DNA of 63,143 nt, the filler included. It is 4 parts of 4 records of this genome, joined end to end, with 100 filler letters (N's around TTAATTAATTAA, not from the genome) between each part and the next. Parts side by side here need not be neighbours in the genome. Positions count along the whole stretch, not along the records: positions 13,175 to 33,500 come from DRR723986_5247; 3 more parts are not named here. One strand, given 5' to 3'. The notes below the pieces were generated by a model. That model was given only the letters and a program-made list of their open reading frames with translations. It had not been told where the DNA came from and ran no database searches. Positions 18,304 to 30,621 of the stretch are shown here, piece after piece. A program made the translations under genes and the position numbers. Position 1 is the stretch's first letter; every line of letters starts with the position of its first letter.

Positions 18304-18765
18304 CTACAACCAGCGGCGAACCCGGCGTTTGTAGTCTAAGAATTCACTGCCAAAAATCCCTTCTAAAGCGCGCTCTTCCGGACGAATTTGGAAATGCTGA
18401 ATATAGGCAATAAACAGCGGCAGTCCCAACAGGGCCCATAGCGACGACAAAAACACCGCCCAAGCTAACAAAAATAAGGCAAAGCCAACATACATTGGGT
18501 TGCGGGTGTAGCGGTAAATGCCTGTGCCGACCAGTGCCGAGGCCGATTCAGGCTTCAAGGGGTTCACCGTCGTTTTTGCGCGCCGGAATGACATCACCCC
18601 ACCGAGAGATAATCCAGCGCCCAGCAAATAACACAGAGCCACCAGAGCAAGCCTCGTTGTGTTATCAACGGGCATATTCGGCGTCGCCTCAGCGAGCCCC
18701 CACATAGCAGTGGCCACCAATAGGGCCACTGCTGGCGGCGGTATTTTATTCTCTAAGCCTTTCAC
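18304..18765 (-). CDS. Isoprenylcysteine carboxyl methyltransferase family membrane protein
   Basis: TTVNP, GIYRYTRNPMYVG, EERAL, YKRRVRRWL. Confidence 0.9.
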   Translation of the reverse strand: MKGLENKIPPPAVALLVATAMWGLAEATPNMPVDNTTRLALVALCYLLGAGLSLGGVMSFRRAKTTVNPLKPESASALVGTGIYRYTRNPMYVGFALFLLAWAVFLSSLWALLGLPLFIAYIQHFQIRPEERALEGIFGSEFLDYKRRVRRWL

Positions 18766-18805
18766 TCAATATCATCCTTCGTGATAGAGATTATGGCGAC
18801 GTATT

Positions 18806-19204
18806 CTACCCCGGCAGCGTCTCGAACGCCTGCAACTGTTCTAAATCGGCATCCCAGGACGCGCGGCTACGCGTAAACAAATGGGCATTGGGGCGCTGTT
18901 GTAGCGGCTCATCTACGCTTCCCGCTGGTACCACCAACAGCTCCCCCGCAAGCTGCAGCGATGGCAGCGCCGAGCCACAACGACTGCAAAAACTTTTACA
19001 ATGACGACTCCCCGCTAAGGTGAAGCTCGTTACCAATGCCTCTCCCTTACGCCACGTTAGCTGCCCGCCATGGGAAAACAGATTTGCCGCGTGGGCTGAC
19101 CCGGTATCCTTTTGGCAATGGCGACAATGGCACAGGAAAAAATGGTCGAATTTTCCCTCGACTGTGTACTGCACTTCGCCACACAGGCACGACCCACTTA
19201 TCAT
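18806..19204 (-). CDS. GFA (glutathione-dependent formaldehyde-activating) family protein
   Basis: GSCLCG, CHCRHCQK, FCSRCGS; ATG at 19204 after GGGAG. Confidence 0.9.
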   Translation of the reverse strand: MISGSCLCGEVQYTVEGKFDHFFLCHCRHCQKDTGSAHAANLFSHGGQLTWRKGEALVTSFTLAGSRHCKSFCSRCGSALPSLQLAGELLVVPAGSVDEPLQQRPNAHLFTRSRASWDADLEQLQAFETLPG

Positions 19205-19312
19205 CACAACACTCCCTTTGTTATGGCGGGGCGGGGGCACATAAATACCGCCGGCCCCAATACTGGCGCAAGACCGTTCATTTCAAGGCCAATTAGTTCA
19301 AGGCCACCCAGT

Positions 19313-20572
19313 TCAACTTAAGCGCAGCCACTCTTTCAATTGGTCGGCAACGCGAGCGTCACTGAGCATACTCAAATGATCCAGCTGACAAAACACCCGC
19401 TGCCGGTCTGCGGCAAAGCCTAGCGTTTTTGCCCCCAGCGGGTGTCTCCCCAAAGCGCTATCGGGGTGCACCAAACCATCACTGCGCTGCAGGTAGCCCG
19501 CCGACGACCGAGACAGTGTCCCGGCAATCGCGTAATGGTCAATGCCTGGTGGAAGCACGAGCGGCACCCGATGATCGGCATTGTCCTGATGTTCGTCATA
19601 CAACTGCCAATCGGCGTCGACAATATTTCCATGGCGCAAGTCTGTAATACCGTCGCTGCGAATGCGGCCCAGCGCAGCAAGCGGCGCAGTATAGGGACTG
19701 AATGCCATTGCTCTCTGCAGCCAATAGCCGCCCCGCTCCAACGCAGAGCCGTGGTGAGGTGTACCGATGTACACCACCTTATCCAAAAGCTGTGGCCACC
19801 GCTGCGCGTGTTCAAGAGCGCTGTGCATTGCGCTGCGCAGTACTAGGCCGCCCATGCTGAAGCCCACGGCGGTAATCGACTGAACCGGAACAGGCCAGCG
19901 CTCGACAAGCCCCTCAAGGTGTTGGGCAAGCTCACGCCCATTTTGTGAAATATGTTTACCGCTGTTGTAACGCACAAACACCGGACTGTAGCCATACTCC
20001 TTAGCCAGCATATGTCCGTGGTTGTGCTGCTTCGCTGTCCACTCCAATTCATTCATGCACAGGCCATGGGCCAGCAATAAAATATGGCCACCCGCGGTAA
20101 ACTCGCTGTCGCTCAGGGCCGCGGCACTGGGGTATATCTCAACGGATCTGCGACAAGTTTCAAATAATGCGGCGCCAGGGGCATCACTTGGCGGTGCGTC
20201 CGGGCCCAGCATCACTCTCAGCGTCATTGGGGTCGCTAAGGGGTTGCCACTGCGATGCAGGTGGTCGCCGCATACGCCGTTAAGCGCCGCAATCACTGCC
20301 GCTCGATGCGGCCCGGGGGGAAAGTGTCCATCTAAATAATTTGTCAGTGGTGACAGCGCCACATCAGTGGTGCTGCGAACCCCGCCGTTAACGCCGCGAA
20401 TCACTCGATGCACCAAGCCCGCAATACCGGGAGCAGGCCCCTCTGGCGCGCGACCAAATGGCAGCGGTGTCGCGCTGATATTACGGTACATCTGCTCTAC
20501 GATGGTATTCACACCGTCTACGCTATCAAAAGCGAGCCGCGCCGCGCCGTGGAGGACTTTTCCTGTTTTCAT
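19313..20572 (-). CDS. Alpha/beta hydrolase (PGAP1-like lipase/esterase)
   Basis: HGLCM, GFSMGG nucleophile elbow, GTPHHG, DGLV, C-terminal His. Confidence 0.85.
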   Translation of the reverse strand: MKTGKVLHGAARLAFDSVDGVNTIVEQMYRNISATPLPFGRAPEGPAPGIAGLVHRVIRGVNGGVRSTTDVALSPLTNYLDGHFPPGPHRAAVIAALNGVCGDHLHRSGNPLATPMTLRVMLGPDAPPSDAPGAALFETCRRSVEIYPSAAALSDSEFTAGGHILLLAHGLCMNELEWTAKQHNHGHMLAKEYGYSPVFVRYNSGKHISQNGRELAQHLEGLVERWPVPVQSITAVGFSMGGLVLRSAMHSALEHAQRWPQLLDKVVYIGTPHHGSALERGGYWLQRAMAFSPYTAPLAALGRIRSDGITDLRHGNIVDADWQLYDEHQDNADHRVPLVLPPGIDHYAIAGTLSRSSAGYLQRSDGLVHPDSALGRHPLGAKTLGFAADRQRVFCQLDHLSMLSDARVADQLKEWLRLS

Positions 20573-20692
20573 TGCCTGCTCTCTTCAGTGGTCACTTGCA
20601 TGGTTTGCTACACCACTTTGCTCAATAATTGACCACTGCGACTATACGCCTTGACCGACAAGTGTCAATACATTTGTATATACACTCGTATA

Positions 20693-21475
20693 TTACAAAT
20701 CAGCCTGCAAAATATACTGCACATCCGTCAACTCACCTTGCCAAACCTCTTTCACCCCTTGAGGGACGTGCCAAGCGGCACTGGCAGACGTCGGCACCCA
20801 CATACCTGAGCGGCGTTGGTAATGGCAAAAGCGCCCCTCCCAGGGGCGTTTCTCATAGCCATCGTTAACCCAGCAAAACCGTTCGGGGGTGGACACCCGC
20901 GTGACCTCCCCTTCAGAATTAAACTGAAAGCGCATGCTCACCGTGTGGCCGCCATCATCGAGTACTGCGACAGCCGAGCCCTTTTCCCCCTCCTGCCACA
21001 CCAGACAATCGCTTGGTAAAAGCGCCTGTGGATACCAAACCGCTTCAGCCAAATACCGTTGAAGCGCTGCTTCGGCGTGCTCATTCGTACCGCCGGCGTG
21101 GGCCAAAGGCAGCCCTATAAAATTCAGCTTGGAATAGGCTGCGCCGTCATAGTAGCTATCACGAATTTTTAGTGTGAACCCGAGGGCCAATTGCAGTGTT
21201 GCCTGCCAGTCAAAGCCCGGAAACACCAATGTGGAGTGCTGCTGTGCAGAGAATGCCCACCAACGTTGACGGTTCACATCACTGCGCAAACGCCCACGCT
21301 GTTGTAATTGCACTGCCGCGTAGTCGCGGGATGCAGTCCCAAAACAGCGATCAAAATAGCGCTCGACAACCGCAGGCAAGGCCGCGTCTACTGGTCGCGA
21401 GTGCGGCATTTTTTTATGAGACGCAGCGGCATTTAACAGCTGCCGACGGCGGGCATTCGCTGTAAAAGCAAACAT
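20693..21475 (-). CDS. Hypothetical protein (DUF6544-like)
   Basis: LPAVVERY, F.W.A, RDSYYDG, RYLAEAVWYPQAL; ATG at 21475 after GGGAGG. Confidence 0.7.
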   Translation of the reverse strand: MFAFTANARRRQLLNAAASHKKMPHSRPVDAALPAVVERYFDRCFGTASRDYAAVQLQQRGRLRSDVNRQRWWAFSAQQHSTLVFPGFDWQATLQLALGFTLKIRDSYYDGAAYSKLNFIGLPLAHAGGTNEHAEAALQRYLAEAVWYPQALLPSDCLVWQEGEKGSAVAVLDDGGHTVSMRFQFNSEGEVTRVSTPERFCWVNDGYEKRPWEGRFCHYQRRSGMWVPTSASAAWHVPQGVKEVWQGELTDVQYILQADL

Positions 21476-21498
21476 ACTCTCAAGCCTCCCGGCAGCCG

Positions 21499-22401
21499 TT
21501 AGCCCATAATAATCGAAACGGCGAATACCAGTGGCGTCAGCAGACTCAACGCCACATTCATTGCCAGTATTCGCGTTAAACCGGTTGGCGTTGGCAAACC
21601 ATGCCGAAGCCCGTGCAGTACCGGCAGCGCAAGCAGTAGAGGAATCACACAAAGCAGCGACGCAAACGGCAGGCCGAGGTGAGTGACGCCGGCCAGAACC
21701 GTTATGAGGCTAGCCGCAATGAATGCCCCGTACGCGCCAATACTTGCCTTCACACCATAGACCGACGGAAATTGCCTGCGGCCCACAGACTCATCGGCGC
21801 TGATATCCGGCAGCTGATTGAGTAAAAGTAGATTGTTGCTTAGAAAAAACGGCAACAGCGAAAGGTAAAAAGCCGTGTAGGAATATTGCCCTGTTAAAAC
21901 ATAATCCGTTCCCATCACCATAAGCGGGCCAAACGCCAAGCCAGGTGCAAGCAAGCATAACCAAGGGTGGCGATTAATCCACTGGGTATAGCTGATAATT
22001 GTGGCAACTCCCACAAGGCCAAGTGGCAGCAGCGCAAAGCCAGTTACCGCAACAAAATAACCACCGATCAATACTGTCAGGGCCAGGCAGAAACACGCGG
22101 CATACAACACGGCTGCTGCCGCTTCAGGCTGGACGACTAGCGAACCACTGCCGCCACTGAAGGGCGTTCGCTGAGTTTTTGCATCCAAACCACTTTTGAA
22201 ATCAAAAAACTCGTTGAAGAGATTTACGCTGATATGTGCGGCCAGTCCCGCGACCATTACTAGGCTAAAATCGAAGTAGTCGACGCGCGCCAACCGGAGG
22301 CTCGCACTCGCGTAGCCCAGCAGTAGGCACACCGGCGTGAGGACCAGAAATGGCAAGCGCATTGATTGCCCTACCGCCTGAAATCGTTGATGCATCGTCA
22401 C
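21499..22401 (-). CDS. MenA-like UbiA-family prenyltransferase
   Basis: NLFNEFFDFKSGLD and NQLPDISAD Asp-rich motifs; multiple TM segments. Confidence 0.88.
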   Translation of the reverse strand: MTMHQRFQAVGQSMRLPFLVLTPVCLLLGYASASLRLARVDYFDFSLVMVAGLAAHISVNLFNEFFDFKSGLDAKTQRTPFSGGSGSLVVQPEAAAAVLYAACFCLALTVLIGGYFVAVTGFALLPLGLVGVATIISYTQWINRHPWLCLLAPGLAFGPLMVMGTDYVLTGQYSYTAFYLSLLPFFLSNNLLLLNQLPDISADESVGRRQFPSVYGVKASIGAYGAFIAASLITVLAGVTHLGLPFASLLCVIPLLLALPVLHGLRHGLPTPTGLTRILAMNVALSLLTPLVFAVSIIMG

Positions 22402-22582
22402 TCCCTAACCTCTCTAATTCCAAAAGCTGCGCAACGAAAGCTCGTCACATTCCCTCAGCAATGTGCGCTGCTGCACAGCCTTTAGCATAACTTGTATTAG
22501 GGGTTTGAAGCAGCAAACCATACACGTTAGCCTGCTCGCGCTCGCCACTACGACTACCGTTACACGCTCCACAGGAGACAAC

Positions 22583-23422
22583 ATGACACTCACCCTGCGA
22601 TTATTCGCCGCTGTTTTTGTTTTGCTACTCAATGGTTGTGCTACGCACACCCCTCTCAACCTAATGGGTTACCACCCACACTACGAAGCGAATGTGGCAC
22701 CCCTGCCGCGAGCTAAGGCACTAATTATTACCACTAGCCAGTCAACCCTTGGTGAGGGTGGCAAAGCCACCGGCGTATTCGGCTCAGAAATGACCGCGCC
22801 TTACTACCGCTTCACTGAGCATGGCCTCTCTGTGGATATCGCGAGTATTGACGGTGGTGAGGTTCCCATCGACCCGATTTCCTTTAAGTGGTACATCATC
22901 TCTGAAGATGACCAACGCTATCTTCACGATGCCGAGTTCCAACAAAAAGCTAAGCACTCCATCGCGATCGCCGACGTCAATATTAGTGACTACGATATTG
23001 TCTTTTTAGCTGGGGGCTGGGGCGCTGCATATGACCTGGGTTACTCGGAGGTACTCGGTGAAAAAATCACACAAGCTTACGCCGCCGCAACGCCAATTGG
23101 CGCAGTGTGCCACGGTCCGCTTGGCCTGCTAAAGGCACGGCGCCCTGATGGCAAGCTGCTGGTAGAAGGCTTGTCGCTCACCGCCGTTACCGACAAACAA
23201 ATCGAAGAGCTCGGTATCACCGAAACGCCACAACATCCAGAGTCTGCATTGCGAGCTGCTGGTGCGGCCTTTGAATCCAATACAAGATTCTACGACCTGC
23301 TGGCCAATCACGTTGTGGTCGACGGTATAGTGGTTACAGGGCAGAACCAAAATGCCGGTTCAGAGGTCGCATTTACCTTGATGGAATTGCTCCACAAACA
23401 GCGTCAAATGCCCTCAAAATAG
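22583..23422 (+). CDS. DJ-1/PfpI (Hsp31-like) family protein with a lipoprotein signal
   Basis: AGGAG RBS; lipobox LNGC; GVFGSE, GGWGA, AVCHGP, VTGQN. Confidence 0.88.
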   Translation: MTLTLRLFAAVFVLLLNGCATHTPLNLMGYHPHYEANVAPLPRAKALIITTSQSTLGEGGKATGVFGSEMTAPYYRFTEHGLSVDIASIDGGEVPIDPISFKWYIISEDDQRYLHDAEFQQKAKHSIAIADVNISDYDIVFLAGGWGAAYDLGYSEVLGEKITQAYAAATPIGAVCHGPLGLLKARRPDGKLLVEGLSLTAVTDKQIEELGITETPQHPESALRAAGAAFESNTRFYDLLANHVVVDGIVVTGQNQNAGSEVAFTLMELLHKQRQMPSK

Positions 23423-23425
23423 CCT

Positions 23426-23851
23426 TTATTGATAGGTTACCCCGCGGTGTTTCAACCAACCGTGGGGGTGCTTGCCTCTCGGGTCGTGATGCGTCCAGTG
23501 GATGACCCCGCCACGCTGATTCCATTCATACTCGCCATAAAAAGCGACTATATCACCGACCTTAAGGTCGTTTATGCGCGGTGCAAGATCAATATTGTGT
23601 GCGACGAGCAGAGTCTGCCCGGAAGCTAGACGTAAAATGAAACGTTGATGGCGACTGCCGTCGAGATCATCGCTTAATAACTTTTCTACCGCGCCCTGCC
23701 CAGACAGTTGCAAATTCGACTGACGATTCTCATAAGCATGAAGAAATCGCTCATCGCTACCCTGTGCGCCCTGTGCAACGTCATTGGTGTTGTTAGAAAA
23801 GCCAAAGGCCAGCGCAACCGTCGCGAACACCAGCACCCATATCAAACGCAT
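23426..23851 (-). CDS. DUF3465-like exported protein
   Basis: DDLDGSRHQRFIL, AHNIDLAPR, GGVIHWTHHDP. Confidence 0.82.
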   Translation of the reverse strand: MRLIWVLVFATVALAFGFSNNTNDVAQGAQGSDERFLHAYENRQSNLQLSGQGAVEKLLSDDLDGSRHQRFILRLASGQTLLVAHNIDLAPRINDLKVGDIVAFYGEYEWNQRGGVIHWTHHDPRGKHPHGWLKHRGVTYQ

Positions 23852-23971
23852 GTGCTCTCCCCCCTACGAATCCATCCTCTCGGGCTAGCCCTGGTGGCTA
23901 GAAGTCTGTCAAAACACGGTGTACACAGCCTGGCTCGACATCGCAAACGCTACAATTATCACCGTACTCAC

Positions 23972-24217
23972 TTAGCGATGCCGATATTGACTGGGGCAGT
24001 ATGCGCGAGTCACCGACGGTGATCGCAAACTAGCATGCTTGGTTTTACGACCGGAGACACGCTTGCGCCAGAGACGAAACGAAGACCGCTTCAAGGAGCG
24101 CCGCATCAGCTGCATTACCGCCGCCTCTGATAAACCGTAGTCGTTTTCTATCGCCTCGAAGGGAGTCCGATCCTCCCAGGCCATTTCGATAATACGCGAT
24201 AAATCTTGAGGGCTCAT
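23972..24217 (-). CDS. TIGR03643/DUF2805 family protein
   Basis: RIIEMAWEDRTPFEAI...LKRSSFRLWRKRV. Confidence 0.85.
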   Translation of the reverse strand: MSPQDLSRIIEMAWEDRTPFEAIENDYGLSEAAVMQLMRRSLKRSSFRLWRKRVSGRKTKHASLRSPSVTRAYCPSQYRHR

Positions 24218-24338
24218 AGTAGCAAAGACCAACAGACAGGTTTTGCTTATAAGCGGTTTAGCAACAAATGGATTTCCGAGCTAAGGAAACCACGGCACAA
24301 GCGGAACAGCCCGCCAGCGCCGCCATCACTAAGCTAGC

Positions 24339-25922
24339 TTATTCCCACTCAATCGTTGCAGGAGGCTTGCTCGACACATCGTAGGCCACGCGAGAGACAT
24401 GGGCGATTTCGTTAATTATGCGATTGGAAACCGTCTCCAGTAGCTCGTAAGGCAGGTGCGCCCAGCGGGCGGTCATAAAGTCGATGGTTTCCACCGCTCG
24501 CAGTGCAATCACCCATTCGTAACGACGCGCGTCACCGACGACTCCCACCGATTTTTGAGGGATAAATACCGCGAAGGCTTGGCTGGTTTTGTGGTACCAG
24601 TCGGCTTTGTGAAGCTCTTCCAAGAAGATGGCATCAGCTTCGCGCAGCACATCGGCATAGTCTTTTTTAACTTCGCCGAGAATACGTACGCCGAGGCCAG
24701 GGCCGGGAAATGGATGGCGATAAACCATGTCATAGGGCAGGCCCAGCTCCAAACCTATGCGTCGCACCTCATCTTTAAACAGCTCACGCAGCGGCTCGAC
24801 TAACTCCATTGCCATATCATCGGGCAGGCCCCCGACATTGTGATGAGATTTAATGACGTGGGCTTTACCGGTTTTTGATGCCGCCGACTCAATAACGTCG
24901 GGATAGATGGTTCCCTGAGCTAAAAACGGTACGTCTTTAAGCTTGGCCGCTTCTTCGTCAAAAATTTCGATGAAGGTATTACCGATAATTTTACGTTTTT
25001 TCTCGGGGTCGGACTCGCCCTGCAATTTGCTTAAAAAGGTTTCTTCGGCGTCAACACGGATGACCTTAACACCCATATTGTTGGCGAACATTTCCATGAC
25101 CTGGTCGCCTTCGTTCTTGCGCAGTAGGCCGTTGTCGACAAAGACACAGGTCAGCTGTTCACCGATCGCTTTGTGGAGCAGCGCCGCGACCACCGAGCTG
25201 TCGACACCGCCAGAGAGGCCAAGCAGCACTTTTTGCTTGCCCACTTGCTCACGCACGCGCTCAATGCCGTCCTGAATAATGTTCGCCGGCGTCCACAAGG
25301 CCTCGCATCCACAAAGCTGGAGTACAAAGTGCTCAAAAATACGCTGGCCCTGCAGGGTATGCGTTACTTCCGGGTGGAATTGCACACCATAAAACCGCTT
25401 CTCTTCGCACTGCATGGCGGCAATGGGGCACGATGGTGTCGACGCCAATACTTCAAACCCGTCGGGAAGCGCCACCACTTTGTCGCCGTGGCTCATCCAT
25501 ACATCCAACAGCGCCTTACCGGACTCGCTGTCCATATGGTCGGCAATATCAGCCGTTAACTGGCCGCGCGTTTCCACTCGGATTTGTGCGTAGCCAAATT
25601 CATGAACCGGCGACGCTTCGACCTTGCCACCCAACTGCTCGGCCATGGTTTGCATGCCGTAGCAGATCCCCAGTACTGGGATTCCCAGCCCAAATATTTT
25701 CTGCGGCGCACGCGGCGAGCCTGCCGCGGTCACCGACTCGGGGCCACCGGCCAGGATCACACCCGATGGACGAAATTCATCGATCTCTGCGTCTTCAATA
25801 TCGAAGGCGCGAATCTCACAGTACACGCCGATTTCGCGGATACGGCGCGCAATTAACTGCGTGTACTGAGAACCGAAATCAAGGATAAGAATTCGGTGGG
25901 CATGAATATCGGGGCTGGACAC
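24339..25922 (-). CDS. guaA: GMP synthase (glutamine-hydrolysing)
   Basis: [32 protein letters not shown]. Confidence 0.98.
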   Translation of the reverse strand: MSSPDIHAHRILILDFGSQYTQLIARRIREIGVYCEIRAFDIEDAEIDEFRPSGVILAGGPESVTAAGSPRAPQKIFGLGIPVLGICYGMQTMAEQLGGKVEASPVHEFGYAQIRVETRGQLTADIADHMDSESGKALLDVWMSHGDKVVALPDGFEVLASTPSCPIAAMQCEEKRFYGVQFHPEVTHTLQGQRIFEHFVLQLCGCEALWTPANIIQDGIERVREQVGKQKVLLGLSGGVDSSVVAALLHKAIGEQLTCVFVDNGLLRKNEGDQVMEMFANNMGVKVIRVDAEETFLSKLQGESDPEKKRKIIGNTFIEIFDEEAAKLKDVPFLAQGTIYPDVIESAASKTGKAHVIKSHHNVGGLPDDMAMELVEPLRELFKDEVRRIGLELGLPYDMVYRHPFPGPGLGVRILGEVKKDYADVLREADAIFLEELHKADWYHKTSQAFAVFIPQKSVGVVGDARRYEWVIALRAVETIDFMTARWAHLPYELLETVSNRIINEIAHVSRVAYDVSSKPPATIEWE

Positions 25923-26000
25923 GGCGTTCTCTCTATTCAGACTGAGGGGTAGTGTAAAAGGTGGGACGGGGACGCCGCAGACGGCGCCCCATTACGACAC

Positions 26001-27506
<1,506 letters not shown>

Positions 27507-27577
27507 TTAAGTGATGACAGCCCCCGAGTAAACCAATTTGACCCCGCAATAGCGCTATATCTTGATATGATTGCGCA

Positions 27578-28927
27578 ATGACTACACAAGAACCCCCACA
27601 ACAGCTCAGCGTCAGCCAACTCAACCGCCTCGCCAAGCAACTTTTAGAAGATTGCTTCGCTCAGGTGAGTGTTACTGGCGAGCTCTCCACCCTGTCGCGC
27701 CCCAGTTCCGGTCACTGGTATTTCACGCTAAAGGATGAGCGCGCACAGATCCGCTGCGCCTTCTTTCGCAACCGCAATATGCGGGTGAATTTTCAACCGC
27801 AACCGGGCCAGCAGGTGGTCGTTCGCGGCAAAGTCAGCCTCTATGAAGGGCGCGGTGACTACCAGCTTATTGTCGAGCACATGCAGCCCGCCGGTGCCGG
27901 TGCGCTGGCAGCGGCCTTCGAAGCACTCAAGACAGAACTGCAGGCAGCCGGCTGGTTCGACCCGGCGCTGAAAAAGCCCCTGCCACCGGCTATCAAGCAC
28001 ATTGCCATTATCACCTCACCCACAGGCGCCGCCCTGCAGGATATTGTCGCAGTGCTCAAGCGGCGCTGGCCGGCAATGAAGGTCACCTTGCTGCCTGTGC
28101 TGGTGCAGGGCGAACAGGCGGCCGGTCAGATACAACGCGCCATCGCGCAGGCGAATCAGCTCGCCCGTTCAGCGTCGCATAATTTCGATTTGATCCTACT
28201 GACACGCGGCGGTGGTTCACTGGAAGACCTCTGGCCCTTTAACGAGCGGGTGGTGGCCGAGGCCATCTACCAATCGGAACTGCCCGTGGTGAGTGCCGTG
28301 GGGCACGAAGTGGACTTCAGCATTGCCGACTTTGTCGCGGATTTGCGCGCTGCAACACCCTCGGCTGCGGCGGAATTGCTCAGCCCTGATCAAAGCGAGA
28401 TCAATTCGAAGGTCCAGCTGCTGCGCGGCCGCCTGGTTCGGGCGCAGCGGCGACGCCTTCAGCATCAGCGTGAACAATTACAACAGTTGAACCGACGCAT
28501 TCGCGACCCACGGAGCCGACTTAGAGAGCAAGCGCAACGGCTGGATGAACTTGAAATGCGACTGCGACGCCAGTGGCAAAGTAGCCAGCGCCAGCGCCTG
28601 GCGCGTCTCGCGGGCCTGCAACAACAAATGCTGCTGCTCAGCCCCGATCGGCAACATGCGACACGGCTCAATGCCCTGGCACAACTTCAAGCAAGGCTGC
28701 AGCGCAGCGTGCAAGAGCAAATGCGGCGCCGCGCACAACAGTTACAGGCACTGCAGTCCCAGTTGCGACAACTGGGCCCCGAGCAGACGCTTAGCCGTGG
28801 CTATGCGATTGTTCTCGACCAACAAGGCCGGGCAGTACGACGCGCCGCCGATCTTCAGCAAGGGCAGCGGTTGCGCGGGCGCTTCGCCGAGGGGCAAGTC
28901 GCCCTCACCGTGGATGAGAGCGAGTGA
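27578..28927 (+). CDS. xseA: Exodeoxyribonuclease VII large subunit
   Basis: SGHWYFTLKD, RGGGSLEDLW, AVGHEVD; divergent from guaB. Confidence 0.97.
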   Translation: MTTQEPPQQLSVSQLNRLAKQLLEDCFAQVSVTGELSTLSRPSSGHWYFTLKDERAQIRCAFFRNRNMRVNFQPQPGQQVVVRGKVSLYEGRGDYQLIVEHMQPAGAGALAAAFEALKTELQAAGWFDPALKKPLPPAIKHIAIITSPTGAALQDIVAVLKRRWPAMKVTLLPVLVQGEQAAGQIQRAIAQANQLARSASHNFDLILLTRGGGSLEDLWPFNERVVAEAIYQSELPVVSAVGHEVDFSIADFVADLRAATPSAAAELLSPDQSEINSKVQLLRGRLVRAQRRRLQHQREQLQQLNRRIRDPRSRLREQAQRLDELEMRLRRQWQSSQRQRLARLAGLQQQMLLLSPDRQHATRLNALAQLQARLQRSVQEQMRRRAQQLQALQSQLRQLGPEQTLSRGYAIVLDQQGRAVRRAADLQQGQRLRGRFAEGQVALTVDESE

Positions 28928-28938
28928 GTCGACGGGGG

Positions 28939-30516
28939 TTACTCGCCGCTCCCACATAACAAACGGATATCTTCACAGGACTCCCTTTCACCGCTGCGCA
29001 AAGGGAAGTCGCGGGCGGAAGCAAAGTGAAAACTCATTCGTTCAGCCCAGCGCGCGTCATCTAACAGGCGCGCCTCCGCCTGGGCATAGCCCGGCTCTCC
29101 CCGCTTTTTCAGCCACCGATCAAACCACGCAACAGTGTATTCGGTAATCATCGGGCGCGCCCAACCGCCCTCACAGCGATTATTATCCGTATTTGGGCAC
29201 CAAGAACTTGCGGGCAAGGTCGGCCCCAATGAGTAATCCAAGTGCGTCGTACCGGCAATAGTGACACTCACCACAGGAACAGACGCCGCCTGCCATTGTT
29301 TAAAGGCATTTTTATGCCCATCCCGATCCGGATCGGTGACCAATGGTATCGGCGTAAAGCCGTATTCCGACTTAAAGCTTAGCGCAGGCTTGTGGGCAAC
29401 CACTGCCGGGAAGTCACTACCACCAAAGGCGTCAGTAATGGCATTGGTACTGCCGGGCGGCAGCTGCACACTGGTGATGGTGGCATTATTGCCAGTGTCG
29501 GTATAGCCCAGGGCATCCCAGGCCACCACCACATCGACCGGGTTTTCCGAACTCAGCAGGCCCGGCCAGTTTTCAGCACCCGGCGCGCCGTAGGCCTGCA
29601 CCCAGGTCACACCAGCGGCGCCGTAGGAGTGTCCGGCTATCCCAATGCGCTCACGGTCAACAAAGGCGTGAAAGGGGTTAAACGCGCGAGTCTCGGTTGG
29701 GTAACTACCCGCGCAACGCGCTTCATGGGGGTAGTGCAGCGCTGGGCGCGATAAAATAAAGTCGATATCGTTGACCAGGCCCTGGTAAAACACATGGCCA
29801 TTAATGTTGCCGCCCTGCTCCGCCGAATTTGGTGTTGCCATGTCCGACGCGCCCTGCCCGCGAGGATCGCTCGTCAGCACAACATACCCCGCTCGCACCA
29901 GGGCCTGCGCCGCCCACCAGTAAAGCTGCTCGCCTGCCTGCACGGAGCCATTTTTAATCACAACAACAGGCGCCCGTTCACCCGCCTGCAGGGCGCGTGG
30001 CCGCCACACCCGTCCGCTGATGCGTGCGCACCCTTCATCGTAATAGACGACGGGCTCGACAACGGCTTCTTGCTCGTAGAAGGTCCGGCCATCCGGGCCA
30101 TCGACACCGGGGTAGCGGAACGGGTCGCCAACGCAGGGCCCCATTCCCGCCGAGCACAGTGGCGTAAGCGGCGTGGTGCCCTGGGTGGGTGGCAAGCTCC
30201 AGCTCGGGTCATCGGCAATGCGGGCTAGCATCGCCAAGCGGTTAGCGTTTTCCTGCGTTTGAGAACGAATAATAAAATCAGGGGCGAGCTGCTCGACATT
30301 GGCCTCCAGCGTTCGCGCATGATTTTCCAGCTCGCACTGCAACCAGTCAGCCGACGGATAGGCCGCAAGATCGCAGCGTGTATCAACACTGTGGCGCTGT
30401 ATAAGATTCGCCGCCCCCTGCTCAGCCTGGCTGGGCGACGACCCACTGTTGCCACCGCCGCAGGCACTGACAATCACCACGATTAAAGCGAGCGGTATTG
30501 CTCCTAAGCCCCGCAT
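28939..30516 (-). CDS. Alpha/beta hydrolase lipoprotein
   Basis: Lipobox VSAC; DPRGQG; GHSYG nucleophile; GTTHLDY. Confidence 0.8.
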   Translation of the reverse strand: MRGLGAIPLALIVVIVSACGGGNSGSSPSQAEQGAANLIQRHSVDTRCDLAAYPSADWLQCELENHARTLEANVEQLAPDFIIRSQTQENANRLAMLARIADDPSWSLPPTQGTTPLTPLCSAGMGPCVGDPFRYPGVDGPDGRTFYEQEAVVEPVVYYDEGCARISGRVWRPRALQAGERAPVVVIKNGSVQAGEQLYWWAAQALVRAGYVVLTSDPRGQGASDMATPNSAEQGGNINGHVFYQGLVNDIDFILSRPALHYPHEARCAGSYPTETRAFNPFHAFVDRERIGIAGHSYGAAGVTWVQAYGAPGAENWPGLLSSENPVDVVVAWDALGYTDTGNNATITSVQLPPGSTNAITDAFGGSDFPAVVAHKPALSFKSEYGFTPIPLVTDPDRDGHKNAFKQWQAASVPVVSVTIAGTTHLDYSLGPTLPASSWCPNTDNNRCEGGWARPMITEYTVAWFDRWLKKRGEPGYAQAEARLLDDARWAERMSFHFASARDFPLRSGERESCEDIRLLCGSGE

Positions 30517-30621
30517 ATTACCCCCTGATTATTATTTGTTTTACTGCAACAGAAACGAAAACGGCGCCACTATGGGCGCCGCTGGCATCGAGCTCATCAT
30601 CTTGGTGAATATGAGCAGACC

